A stretch of 64,000 bases of DNA from a virus. Below the pieces are notes generated by a model. That model worked only from the letters and a program-made list of their open reading frames with translations. It was not told the DNA's origin and searched no databases. Below are positions 19,601 through 30,500 of the stretch, one piece after another (within the stretch, counting starts at the first letter, position 1; every line of letters begins with the position of its first letter). The stretch is from the IMG/VR virus record IMGVR_UViG_3300027313_000002, positions 13,293 to 77,292 of that record, one strand, 5' to 3'. The position numbers and the translations under genes are program-made.

Positions 19601-21755
19601 TGCCCGGAGCGATGGTGGTCGTGCCGCCCGAGCCGGTGACGGTGACGTTGGCGGTGCTGCCGGTGTCCGGGTTGACCGTGCCGGCCGGCACCCAGGTCCC
19701 CGTCTGGGAGTTGTACACCAGCGGCGCGTTGTTGGCCGCGCCGCCGCCCACCACGTTGGACAGGCCGGCCATGGTCAGCGAGTACACCGACGGCTGGGTC
19801 AGGTTGCTGATACCGCCGGCCACCGCGGTGGTCCCGGTGACAGACAGGAACTGCCCGCCGAGCTTGCCGACCACGTAGGCCAGCTGCTCCTGCAGCCACT
19901 GCAGGTAGGACACCAGGGTCAGCTCATGGGTCTCGACCCCGCTGGCGTCGACCTGCACGGCGATGGCGATGACCTGCACGGAGTCGACCGCAGAGTAATC
20001 CGGCCGCTCCAGCCCCACCCAGTCGCCGACGTCGAAGTCCCGGAACACGGTCTTGCCCGGCCGGTTCGGGGTGATCTGCAATGTCCACTGCAGCTGCTCG
20101 ATGGAGGTCTGCTCGACCGAGGCGGCGGCCACCACGTCGATGTCGGTGGGGCTGACCTGGACGGCGGCTTGGATCCATGCCTCGCGCTGGCCCCAGCTGG
20201 CGATCGACGTGGTGTTCGAGGCGGTGACCGTGCGGCCGTCGGAGTTGATGGCGGCGATGAGGTTGGCGATCTGGTTGCGGGTGCGGGTGCGCTGCTTGGA
20301 GGTCTCGTCCCGGGCCTCGCGCAAGATGACAGACTGCGACCGGTCCGCGCCCAGGGTGATGATCCCGGTGGCCCTCGGGATGCCGACCTGCAGGACGAAC
20401 CCGGGCTGCATGACGAACTCGGCGTTGATCATGCTCGCGTGGCCCTGGAGCAGGGCGAACAGGTCGGTGCCGTTCTGGATTTGCACGGACTGGCTGTCGC
20501 TCCAGGCGTTGCCGAAGCTGTCGTAGCTGGCGCTCATCCGGGTAGTGATGAACGGGATGGTGCCGCGGCCCTGGGCGGCCTGCAGCTCCTGCAGCCACAC
20601 CGACATGATGGGCTGGTTGAAGTACAGCGCCCCGGCCAGGCTGGACGTCGTGACGTTGCTGTTCAGGCTGGTGATGGTGGCGAACTGGCTGTTGTCGACG
20701 TCGTACTTGGCGCTCACGTAGAACGCCACCTGAGTCGCGTTCCAACTGTGCGCGACCTTGAACTGCTGAGCCCAGTTCTGGCCGTCGGGACTGGTCCAGG
20801 CATAGAAGTAGCCGGCGCTCTCGCTGATCTGCCAGTACTGGTAGGCCTGGTTGTTGGCAGCGACGGTGTTGAAATTGGCGGCCGAGCTGATGACCTTGGT
20901 CTGCGTGCCGGTCGGGTCGCCCAGCTGAGCGTAGAAGTTCAGCCCGCTCATCCCGATGAGGAAGTAATGGCCCGCGTTGTTCACGTCCTGCACGTAGAAC
21001 TGGGTGAGCTGGCTGCCGTCCAGGGTGGCGCCTGCGGCGTTCGGCGAGACCATGGGGTTGACCTGGGCGGATATGAGGGTGCTGGTGGCGTCGAAGACGC
21101 TGGTGCCCAGGAACGTGGTGGACGGGCTGGCCATGACCTGAGCGGTGCCGCTCGGGTTCAGCGCGATGTGCGAGGTCGGGCTGGCCAGGTTCCACAGGTA
21201 GAAGTCGGGCACCAGCTGGCCGGAGGTGTTGACCTCGGAGAAGCTGTCGGTGATGGCGTCCAGCTTGTAGATGATGCTCGGGAAGCCGGGCGGCGCCGCC
21301 ATGGCCCAGGACAGCGCGGCGATGGAGCCCGGCCCGGTGACGGTGGCGATCCGCTGCTCGCTCGGGTCGACGAGCTGCTCGGTCACGGTCTCGGCGAAGA
21401 ACTCGAACCGGAGCACGCCGTCCTGCCAGACCTGCCACAGGTGCTCGTAGTCCAGGATGTTGTGCGCGGCCAGGCCGCCGGGCAGCACGACCTGCCAGAA
21501 CGAGTCATCCATGTTCAGCGTGACGGTGCCCGAGCCCTTGTCAGACAGCTGCTTGGCGAACTGCAGGGTCAGGACCGTCCGCGGCGGCAGCTTGGCCAGC
21601 TGCTGGTAGTAGGACGGGGCGGCCAGCACGGTGACCTCCCAGCCCGACCCGGCGCCGGGGGGAGGCGGGCCGCCCGGGCCGCCCGCGGCGTACGGCTGGC
21701 CGGGCAGCAGCAGGCCGGAGCCGATGGCGTCGGGCAGGACGGTGGCGAGCGGCAC
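16686..21755 (-). CDS. large tail tip/minor tail protein (hub-like N-terminus, FN3, ITA repeats, CBM-like)
   Basis: 1689 aa; PYYVKLVAVNQSG FN3 motif; repeated ITATQIA; position after Dit. Confidence 0.85.
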   Translation of the reverse strand: MPLATVLPDAIGSGLLLPGQPYAAGGPGGPPPPGAGSGWEVTVLAAPSYYQQLAKLPPRTVLTLQFAKQLSDKGSGTVTLNMDDSFWQVVLPGGLAAHNILDYEHLWQVWQDGVLRFEFFAETVTEQLVDPSEQRIATVTGPGSIAALSWAMAAPPGFPSIIYKLDAITDSFSEVNTSGQLVPDFYLWNLASPTSHIALNPSGTAQVMASPSTTFLGTSVFDATSTLISAQVNPMVSPNAAGATLDGSQLTQFYVQDVNNAGHYFLIGMSGLNFYAQLGDPTGTQTKVISSAANFNTVAANNQAYQYWQISESAGYFYAWTSPDGQNWAQQFKVAHSWNATQVAFYVSAKYDVDNSQFATITSLNSNVTTSSLAGALYFNQPIMSVWLQELQAAQGRGTIPFITTRMSASYDSFGNAWSDSQSVQIQNGTDLFALLQGHASMINAEFVMQPGFVLQVGIPRATGIITLGADRSQSVILREARDETSKQRTRTRNQIANLIAAINSDGRTVTASNTTSIASWGQREAWIQAAVQVSPTDIDVVAAASVEQTSIEQLQWTLQITPNRPGKTVFRDFDVGDWVGLERPDYSAVDSVQVIAIAVQVDASGVETHELTLVSYLQWLQEQLAYVVGKLGGQFLSVTGTTAVAGGISNLTQPSVYSLTMAGLSNVVGGGAANNAPLVYNSQTGTWVPAGTVNPDTGSTANVTVTGSGGTTTIAPGSHTVTAAGASAGTAADSAGAVPAASVSTTPTGVVIRDPTGTARVVLGQQSDGTVTAVTVNAPPPGQPDAPTVVAGLLGVIVGWDGNLAGAAPLYDFRYVQVHGSTTSGFTPGTPTLQGTMAVGGLFGIGGLTAGTPYYVKLVAVNQSGVASAASAQSTATPLAVGSAITPGSLPGTVIQTGTITSTQISATAGILGSQLSATAGITAGQVAFTAQAIGGGPNVTVGSTAPTSPQTGDLWFNGTAGYQLQRWTGSAWTAYQYGTQAIAAGSVTAALIAAGTITATQIASGTITATQIASSTITAGQIATGTLTAGLFQAGIVLAGIINGTTVTGSTIQNSSTNPRTSINPDGSITITNSAGAVVFKIGPDGTIYWYTAAGTQLLMELQPGGTQLIYGSPTGPTTWDFEGSGSGSTSSWAAVSCTLSASGAWANTGSYSLLCTATGAATWGATSPAFTVQAGTFTTAQAVLYSAVALSAVSVFVTFWSGANGTGTNLGTVAGDQGAFALAATTPTAVTLTGATVPSTAVSATFTVQEAHADTSGTLLYIDTVQVAGGLVYSNSPVPGTDALGNAVPQGINFYGLPMLTNVLGVTDPWGNQLGGIDADGDVTGQYVSAATDVIVQGQSLLNTLLPSLPQGLVSRGWTPGGPWPSTAIGASEVAVLELDVTVPPGRAYLLQVLPCDFVPTTAPGSATQMVQKLHYTTDGSTPTTSSATVLSNPSIVPVPSGSTSNNMSPYMEYVMPYNSSAAQTFRFLLTAFIQSGAFKYENVVEMRVTDLGFGGPGVTTNTGLALGTGTSGGAGSQLYTQSFYPNQTWAYSGAGGLLAVGGAVYCGWNAYNNGGGSCYSFMDFSNVKAAIPSGATITSWSLRMTCMGTYYSGGAVVGIYPSSARSTGSVVSTTPRTQPSFKAGQTNSVGSTTNLQLITDLLGTYTYLMAACNPIGGGSSQYTGYYRGMNATNSQKPMLTVSYTH

Positions 21756-21973
21756 GGCGGGCTACTTCTTGGCCCGGCCGGTAACGTGCAAGCGGGCGTT
21801 ACCGGTGACCGGCGGCGGGTCCGGGCCGGGCGTAGCCGGGAACACGGTGCCGAGACGTGCCTGGTCCTCGCCCGGCCCGGGGTCCTCCCACGGGCCGCCA
21901 TGATCCATAGCGTCCCGGATGTCCCCGAGTACGTCAGCGTCCGGCCGGGACCACGGCAGGTCATTCTGCTCGG

Positions 21974-22141
21974 TCATGGCGCACACTCGATGACGGCCAG
22001 CAGGTCGGCAACGTCCTGGCTCTCCAAGGCCCGGACTTCCAGCCGGGCCCGGGCCTCGGCGTACCGGCACTCGCGCTCCTGGCGCTGCGCGCGCAGCCCG
22101 TCGGCGACGGCGGACAGGTCGATGACTAGCTCGTGATCCAT
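21974..22141 (-). CDS. small coiled-coil protein
   Basis: MDHELVIDL..., between tail genes. Confidence 0.45.
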   Translation of the reverse strand: MDHELVIDLSAVADGLRAQRQERECRYAEARARLEVRALESQDVADLLAVIECAP

Positions 22142-22145
22142 TGGC

Positions 22146-23059
22146 TCACCCAAATGCGTAGAGGCCGAAGAAGGAACCGGACAGGTAGTAGCAGCTGGCC
22201 GGGCAGGCCAGCGACAGCGAGCTGATCGCGGCCTGGGCGGCCGGGTTGTAGAAGCCCCAGCGGATCCGGCCGTCGACCATGGCCCCGGTCCCGTTGCCCG
22301 ACCCGGACATGCTGTAGTAGCTCTTGTTGTACGTCGCCTGGCTGTAGTTGGGCAGGAAGGCGAACCCGCCGCCGGCGTTGACCGCCGACCCGGCCAGGCT
22401 GGCCGCGACCCGGCAGACCGGCCAGACGGTGTTCGCGGCCGAGGCGAACTGGCTGCTGGCCAGCGCCCCGGTGCCGGCCCCGCTGATGTTGGACAGGTAG
22501 AAGCTCAGGTAGCTGTAGACCGCGGTGGTATCCCCGTTGACCTGCATCAGGATGTCGTCGGTCTGGTTGTTGGTCTCGGTCAGCCGGGCCTGGATCATGA
22601 TGAGCAGGTGCTTGAAGGTCGCCGGGATGGCGCTCCAGGTAACCAGGTTCGTGGTGCTGTTGGGCAGCGTGGTCTCGTTGATGGTCGTGAAGGCGCCGAC
22701 CGACCAGGCGGTCGAGGGCAGGCCGTGCGGCAGCTGGGCCAGCTGGGCGATCTCGTGGGCCCGGCTCAGCGCCAGGTCCCCGGCCGTCATCTCGTGCTGC
22801 ACCGTGGTGCCGGCACCCCAGGCCGAGGCCGAGGTGGTGTCCTGGGCCCGGGTGATGGTCCACGGCGTGCCCGAAGTCCCGGCCCCGGCCGTGACGTAGA
22901 CGATTTCCGCGCCGCCGAGCACCAGCTTGAACGGGAACGTGGTGGGGTACCCGGACGGCGTGGTACTCAGGTACACGCTGGTCGCGGAGTTGGAGATGGC
23001 CGCTCCGGTCACGCCGGCTACGGCGACGTTGCTAAATAGTAGAAGGCGGGCGTCGTCAT
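22146..23059 (-). CDS. minor tail protein with a frame break at TTA (codon 9)
   Basis: MTTPAFYY in one frame joins SNVAVAG... in the long ORF; YPTTFPFKLVL...EIVYVT...TITRAQD. Confidence 0.7.
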
Positions 23060-23089
23060 CCTTCCTCGTCACCCCCGCCCACGCCACCG

Positions 23090-23659
23090 TTACTGCAAGG
23101 AGCGCCGCCTGCCTCGCACGATGTAGGAGATACTGGCCTGAGACACCCCGTAAAGGGCAGCCAAGCTCTCCTGCGAGACACCACCAGCCTGGTAAACGGC
23201 AATGAGCGCGCGAGCCTGGTCATCGGTGAGCTTGGCCCGTCCTGCCTCAATGCCAACCCGCACAGGAGGCAGGTGACCGCGCCCCCGCGAATGCATTTCC
23301 TTGGTGTTCTCAGCTGCTGTGCCCTCATGGACATGCTCAGGGTTCTCGGCATTGCAACAGAGCCCGAAGTCACAGCCGTGCAGGGCCTGCGGCTCAGGCC
23401 AGTGACCGTGCACAAAATAGAACGCTGCACGGTGGGCAAGAACAAACTGCCGCCGCTCGCCTCCCCAGAAGAACCTGCCGTAGTACAGGTCCGGCATGCC
23501 CTTGGCAAGCGCCTTGGCACCCGTCCAGGGCCAGCACTCGTCATAGCCCCGGCGGTCCACCTTGGGCCAGAAGCGAACCTCAGGCGATACAACGCCACTG
23601 CCCTTTGGCCGTCCTGCTGACTGGTGCCGTCGGCACCGGCACCCTGACTCGCAACGCAT
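23090..23659 (-). CDS. HNH homing endonuclease with C-terminal HTH
   Basis: RFWPKVD, CWPWTG, AHR, HGCD..CCN..H, AKLT...LAALYGVS. Confidence 0.9.
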   Translation of the reverse strand: MRCESGCRCRRHQSAGRPKGSGVVSPEVRFWPKVDRRGYDECWPWTGAKALAKGMPDLYYGRFFWGGERRQFVLAHRAAFYFVHGHWPEPQALHGCDFGLCCNAENPEHVHEGTAAENTKEMHSRGRGHLPPVRVGIEAGRAKLTDDQARALIAVYQAGGVSQESLAALYGVSQASISYIVRGRRRSLQ

Positions 23660-23684
23660 ATCTTAATGATACAGCCTCGCATAT

Positions 23685-24542
23685 CTATAGGTAGCAATCG
23701 TTCCATTTCAGCGTGGCTGTCCCAGCGGAGACCTGGATGATGTTGGCTCCGGGCAAGAGACAGAGCCACATGCGGCTGCCGCTGTGGGTGAGCCCGGCCG
23801 CCTGGTTGATGCCCGCGGTGTCGGTGACGGTGAAGTTGAGGATGTCGACGGTGACCGGGTAGACAGCCCCGGCCGCGCTGAAGCTGAACGCCACCCCGCA
23901 CGTGGTGTTGGTGACGGTGGCCGCGGCGCTCAGCTGGACGGTGAAGGCGCTGACCGCACTGGGGTACCCCTCGCCCACGATGCCCTCGCCCAGGGCCGTG
24001 CACGTGGTGCTGGCGCCCGTGCAGGCCGCGGTCTGCTGCGCGCCGTAGAAGTACGGGTCGGACAGGAGGAAGTCGACGCTGAACGCGGCCGAGGTACGGC
24101 CGTTCATGGTCAGGTCCATGGAGCCGGCGATCTCGGCCATGGCCGTGCTGGTGACCAGCTTGGGAGTGCCCTGGGTGAGGTACCAGTTGCGCTGCAGCTG
24201 GCCCTGCACCGACCCGGTGGGGTTGCGGTACCACAGCATCTTGCGCAGCTGCTGCAGGTTGTCGTTGAAGGCCAGCCGCTCGTCCGCACTCGGGTAGGAC
24301 TGCGAGGCGCTGGCCTGGCCGCCGGCCCACATGGCCAGGGTGAGGGTGCGCTCGTCCGGGTATTTCTGCCGGAAGCCCTGGCCCGCGCGGTAGGCCGCCG
24401 CGTAGTCCGAGCCGCGCAACGTGGGCAGCGCGAACCGGCTGCCGCCGAAGGTGGCGATGTTCATGTAGGACTGGTTGAGCGCGGTGCCGTTCCAGTACCA
24501 CAGCTCGGCCGGGGAGTAGGCGGCAGCCGACGGCGCTGGCAT
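23685..24542 (-). CDS. distal tail (Dit)-like protein
   Basis: Follows the tape measure; DPYFYG, LLPGAN.I motifs. Confidence 0.8.
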   Translation of the reverse strand: MPAPSAAAYSPAELWYWNGTALNQSYMNIATFGGSRFALPTLRGSDYAAAYRAGQGFRQKYPDERTLTLAMWAGGQASASQSYPSADERLAFNDNLQQLRKMLWYRNPTGSVQGQLQRNWYLTQGTPKLVTSTAMAEIAGSMDLTMNGRTSAAFSVDFLLSDPYFYGAQQTAACTGASTTCTALGEGIVGEGYPSAVSAFTVQLSAAATVTNTTCGVAFSFSAAGAVYPVTVDILNFTVTDTAGINQAAGLTHSGSRMWLCLLPGANIIQVSAGTATLKWNDCYL

Positions 24543-27500
24543 AACGCGAGCCCCCTTCCGGCCAGGAACGCGAGGCGGTTGGACGCCCGGGTGATCGACT
24601 GGCTGGGCTGCTCGGCCGTGGGGTTGTTGATGACCATGCTCTCGACGTTCAGGGCCGGCCCCCTGGTCGCCGCAGCGGCATCGGACAGGGTGCGCGGCTG
24701 CTCACCGCCGAACCCCGGGGCGGACAGCTTGCGGGCCATCACGGGACTCACGCCCATCGGGCTGAAGTAGACCGGCCCGCCGAGCGCGAACATGCCGGCG
24801 ACGTCGCCCAGGCCGCCGCCCGCGGCGAAGCCGTAGCCCGCGCCGGTCACCGACAGGTCGAAGACGGGCTGGCCGGGTCCGCCGACGGTGACCAGCGGGC
24901 CCAGGTTCCAGCCGATGCCGGGCGTGGTGTCCACCCGCGGCGCCGCCGGGCCCGGGCCGCCGAGGATGCCGCCGGCGATGCCCGCGCCGGCGTACAGCTC
25001 GGACCAGGCCTGCTGCGCCACGTCCTTGGTAATCCCCAGGTGCCCCAGCTGGGTCCGCATGGCGCTCCACTGGCCGGGCAGGTAACGGAGCGCATCCCAC
25101 CCGCTGGGCGGCACGGTGCCCGGCTTCCACCCGGACGGCATCTTCTTCGGCCAGGTATGGCCCAGCTCGGCGCCCCACGCGCTGCGCGGCGCTCCGGGCA
25201 CGGTGTACAGCCAGTTCCACATCGTGCTCAGCTGCTTGCCGAAGTTCGTCCACATGCCCGGCGTGATGACGTCGGGCCGCACGAAGTCCTCGGACAGCGC
25301 CATGTACGCCCCGGCCGGGACGGCGCCGATGCCGATGGCCCTGTTCTGCTGGGCCTGGAGGATGTCGATGTCGGCCTGCCATTGCAGCGCGCCCGGTGTC
25401 TGCGCGATAGCCTTCGGCAGCCTGGCATTCTTGAGCGCGGTCCACGCCTGCGCCTCAGCCTGCACCGCCTGCGGCAGCGTGGTCTTGGAGTAGTTCAGCC
25501 ACGTGGTCTCGGCGTCCAGGCCGCCGGGGAAGACCGTGCCGCCCGCGGCGTAGCTCAGGCCCGAGGCGATCAGCGCGCTGGCCACCGGGTCCGACGCCCA
25601 CGGCTGGTACCCGGACGCGTTGTACAGGGAGACGGCCGCCCGGGTGTTGTTGGCCGCGTTGAGCAGGTTCCCGAAGGCGCCGTTCTGGCTGATGCCGCTG
25701 GTCGGGGTGATCTGGTACAGGCCCCAGCCGGTCAGGCCGGGCGGCTGGCCCTGCTGGATGGCGCCCGCGTTGTCCCCGGACTCGGCGTAGGCGATCCGGG
25801 CCATGTTCTGTGCCGCGGAGGCCCGGCCGCCCTCCTGGACCCACAGCGAGGCGATCTGCGCCGCCGTCATGAGACCGCCGGTCGGGCCGGCCGCAGCGGC
25901 GGAGGCGAAGGCGCCGAGCGCAGACTGGCTGGCGATGGCCTGGCTCTTAGCCTTGGAGTCCTGGCCGGTCATGAAGTTGTCGATGCCCAGCTTCAGGTTA
26001 TGGGCCAGCGCCTGCAGGATGGCCCCGGGCATGGTGTCGCCGGGCACCACGCCGAACAGCGGCGCGACGGTGTGGTCCCAGACGGCGTTGAAGATGGCCG
26101 TGGCGCCCTGCCGGGCCAGCTTCAGCAGCTCGCCGGCACCGCCGCTGACCAGGTTCGCCAGCGGCTTGATGAGGCTGCCCAGCCCGGTGCCTGCCGAGTC
26201 CAGCAGCCCTTCCACGGTCTGCCAGACCTGGCCGATGCCGCCGAGCGCGGCGCTGATGACGTTCTGCCCGCCGGGGCCGCCGAGCCGCACGCCGACGACG
26301 AAATTGTCGTTGCTGATGGGCGTCTCGGTCACGCCCAGGGCGGTGTCGTAGGCGCTGATGAGGGTGCCGGACGCGGCGGCCATGCCGGTATGGCCGATGC
26401 CGCCCCACTTGGACGGGTCGGGCGAGGCCCCGGTGAAGAACAGGATGTCGCCGGCCTGGATCTGGCTGCGGTTGGTGAAGGTGTAGTCCGAGTCCCAGGC
26501 CGAGAACCAGTCGGCTTCGAGGTTGGCGATGGCCGAGGACTGCGGGATGGGCACCCCAGCCGCGTTGGCGGCGGACCACACCAGGCTGGAACAGTCGTAC
26601 GGCGGGCGCCCCCACCGGTTGGCCTCGCTGTAGGCATCCCCCCGGCGGGCCAGCATGTAGCTGAGCATGGCCTGCTCGATCTGGCCGCCCGAGGCGTACG
26701 GGGCCGGGGACCAGTCCCTCGGCGCGTTGCCCCGGCCGGGCATGTGCGGCGGGTTGCCGAGCCCGCCGCCGGCCGCGAACCCCTGCGAGGCCATGGTGCC
26801 GCGGGACCCGGCGCCGAGCCACTGGTCCGCCTGGTTGAGGCCGTTCAGGAAGTCCGGCCCGAACGCCCGGTCCAGCGCCATCCGGGCCGGCTGGCGGAGC
26901 ATGTACTCCCCGCCCATGGCCAGGATGGGCGTGCCGTCCACCGCGCTGGCCCCGGGCACCGACCCGCCGCCCGGGTAGACCGGGCCCCCGGCTGCCCTGA
27001 TGAGCGGCACATCAGGGATGGACAGGCCGCCCGGCAGGTGCTTCAGGATGACGTTGTTAATCGCGTTGATCGTGCCATTGATGGGGTTCTGGATTACCCA
27101 GTTAATGGCAGCCTTGAAGGCGGTCTCGATGTCATTGCCGAGGCCGGAGATCATGCCGCCGACGGGTATGGCGATCTTGGACTGGAACCAGCCGCGGAAC
27201 TGGTCGAACCACTGCGGCACCAGCACGGTGAACAGGTGCGACATCCCGCCCACGATGTCGTTATTGAAGAAGCGCCAGCTGTCGGCCCAGGCGATGGCGG
27301 ACCCGGACACGAAGCTGTTAAGCCAGGCCGGCACGCTGACGGTGAAGAAGTGCGCCACGTTGCTGACCAGGGTGCTGCTGAAGAACCGCCAGGCCTGGGC
27401 CCAGGCGATGCTGGCCCCGTTCACGAAGCCGGCGAACCAGGCGGGCACGGAGGCGGTGAAGAAGTGCGCGACATTGGCCACGATGGCGCTGTCGAACCAG

Positions 27501-30500
27501 TGCCAGGCGGCGAAGAACCCGTCATGCGCCGCCTTCGGGATGGTGACGTTGAAGAAGCCCGGGGCGGTGACGGTGAGGAAGTGCGTGAGCGGGCCGGCGA
27601 AGTCCTGCTGGAAGTGCTCGTAGCCGATCGACCAGCCGTGCGCGATGGCATTGGGCAGCAAGGTGCTGAAGAACCGGCTCACCGGGTCGCCGAAGCCGGA
27701 GGAGAAATTGGCCGCCGCGGTGTTCCACGTGCCCTTGGTGCCGAGCGCGAAGCTCCGGGCCCAGCCCGGCATCAGGAGCATGAACAGCTCCTCGACCTTG
27801 GTCACGAACCCGCCGTTGAGCGAGTCCCAGATGCTGGCGCCCCACCCGGCGATGGCATGCGGCAGCGTGCGGTTGAAGAAGCCCGGCATCGTGACCGTGA
27901 GGAAATTGGTGACCGGGCTGCCGAACCCGCGCATGAAGTTCTCGTAGATGGTGCTCCAGGCGAAGGCGATCCCGTGCGGCAGGGACACGTTGAACCAGTT
28001 GGGGATCTTGTTGACCAGCACCTCGGTCAGCGGGCCGGCGAAATTGCGCTGGAAGTCCTCGTAGGCGACGCTCCAGCCATGCGCGGTGGCATTCGGGATG
28101 GTGTCGGTGAAGAAGTGCGGCAGGGTGGTCCCGAAGAACCGGCCCATCTGGTCGATGTTGGAGAAGAAATCGTCTTTCCGCTGGCCCCAGAACCCGGACT
28201 GGGCCAGCTTGTCTGAGGCATCAGCGGACTTGGCCAGGCCCTGCTGCAGCGACTGCATGGGCTTCTCGCCCTTGGACACCTCGGCCCACAGCCTGTCGGC
28301 CTGGACCTGGGTGAAGCCCATGGACTTCATCCAGGCCTCGAACTGGGTCTTGGCGTCCTTGGCGTTCCCGCTGGCGCTGATCAGGATCTCGGCGACCTGC
28401 CTGCCTGCCTGGATGGTCGGCTGGGCGCTCGGCCCGAACTTGGCCAGGTCGGTGGCGAAGCCGTTGAAGGCGCCCTGGCCGCCGAGGGCGTTGAAAGTCG
28501 CGGTGGACATGGCCGGGACCAGGTCCTGCTGCAAGGTCGTGGTGAGCTTGGCGGCATCCTGGTCCAGCTGGGACAGCGGCTTGTCAGCCGTGGCCATCTT
28601 GTTCTGCAGGTCCTGCGTGGCCGCCGCCGCGCCGAGCGGGCCGATCCACCTGGTCAGCTGCTTCCAGGTGGTGATCGACGGGTCGGCCTCCTGGACCAGG
28701 GCGAGGATGGCGCTGCGCGCGGTCGAGCTGTTGCCGGCCAGCGGGACGAGCATGGCGGCCAGGTCCCTGGTCGCCCCGGTGAGCAGCGCCGTGCCGGCCG
28801 CGCCGGACTGGGTGACCGCGGACTGGCTGCGCAGCCAGTCGAGCACCTGCCCGGCCTGCGGGATGAGCTGGATGAACGAGGACCGCAGCGTCAGGCTCTG
28901 GCTGTTCAGCCCGGACATGGAGGCGCCCGCGGCAGCCGCGTTGGTGTGGGTGGTGTTGAGGTTCTGCTCCAGGGTGACGAAGGTGGACTCGCCGCCGGTT
29001 ATCAGGGTCAGCCACTGGTCCCAGGCGGTGTTCAGCGCCTGCATCTGCTTGAGCTGGTCGGAGTTCATGACCAGCTGCACCGACACGTCGCCCTGCAGCT
29101 GGGTGAGCCCCTGGCCCATCGCGGCGTACCCGGCGACCAGCCCCTTGACCTGCTGCATGTCGGCGGCCCACACCTTGCCCTGGGCGGTGAACAGGTCGCT
29201 GGTCTTGACCCCGGCGGTCTGCAGCAGCTGCAGCGCGCCGGGCATGTTCACCCCGTAGGCCTTCTGGATTTCCCCGGTGTGCACCAGCTCGGCCTGCAGC
29301 TGGCCGGACAGCTGAGCATGCTGGGCGCTCAGCTCGCCGACCTCGGTCGAGTTGAGATGCTGGGCGTTGGTCAGCTGGACCGTGGTGGCGGCCAGGTCCG
29401 AGACGGTCTTGCCGATGACGGTGAGCATGGACTGCTGGCCCAGCCCCTGGTTCATCGTGTCGATCCACTGCTGGGCGGCGTCCTTGGCGGTGGCCACCTT
29501 GTAGGCGAAATAGCCGATGGCTGCGACGAACGCCGCGATCAGCGCGACGTCGAGCACGGAGGCCAGCAGGGCCAGCGCCCCGGACAGGCTGAAGGTCGCC
29601 CCGGCGGCGGCGGTCTCCGCCACCGCCAGCTCCCCGCCGGACATCGCCGCCGCCTCCTCGGCGATGGCCGCCTGCCCGGCCGAGGCCGCGACTGCCTCCT
29701 GGGCCGGGGCCAGGATCCCGAGGCTGACCAGGAGATCCCGGATCCGGGTGGGGATGGCGCCGAACCCGGCCGCGATGTCGGTGAGGATGGCCCGGAACCG
29801 CTGCAGCCCGCTGGCGCCCTCGGGCAGCAGGCCCAGCGCGCTGGTGGCCGCGGAGATGCCGCCGACCAGCAGGGCCAGCGACCGGACCATGTTGAGCACG
29901 ACGGTGACGGCCAGGCCGCCCCACAGCTGGATGCCGTGCAGGCCGAGGACGAACACGGTCAGCCACGCGCCGACCTGGGTGTGCATGAGGTCGCCCAGCA
30001 GGCCGAGCAGCTTGGACAGCACCGCGGTGACGGCCACCAGGTCCTCGGCGATGTGAGTCTTCTGGGCCGCGTCGAACAGGCCGGAGATGAACCGGCCGAC
30101 GTTCAGCGCGATCTGGCCGAGGTTCTTCAGGACCGACTCACCATCGGCCAGGAAGCGCTGGATGGCCGGCCCGGCCGCGTTGAAGTCCACCACGAGGCGG
30201 GCCAGGAACCGGTCCAGCACGGCTCCGGTGCTGAGCGCTAGCTGGCCGATCAGGCTCATCTTCCCGCTCGCCGCGCCGAGGGCATCCCCGAACAGCTGCC
30301 AGACCTGCGGCCGGATCTTGCTAGCCAGGTTGTCGAAGAAGTTGCCCAGCGGGTAGATGGCCTGCCCGGTGGCGGTGGAAGCCGCCCAGACCGCCTTCAT
30401 CCGGTCGCTGATCCGGCCCAGGGTGTCCTGGGCGAGGTAGGCGACGAGCAGGAACGAGCCGATGCCGGCCGCCAGGGTGCCGATGGCAGTGGTCAGGATG

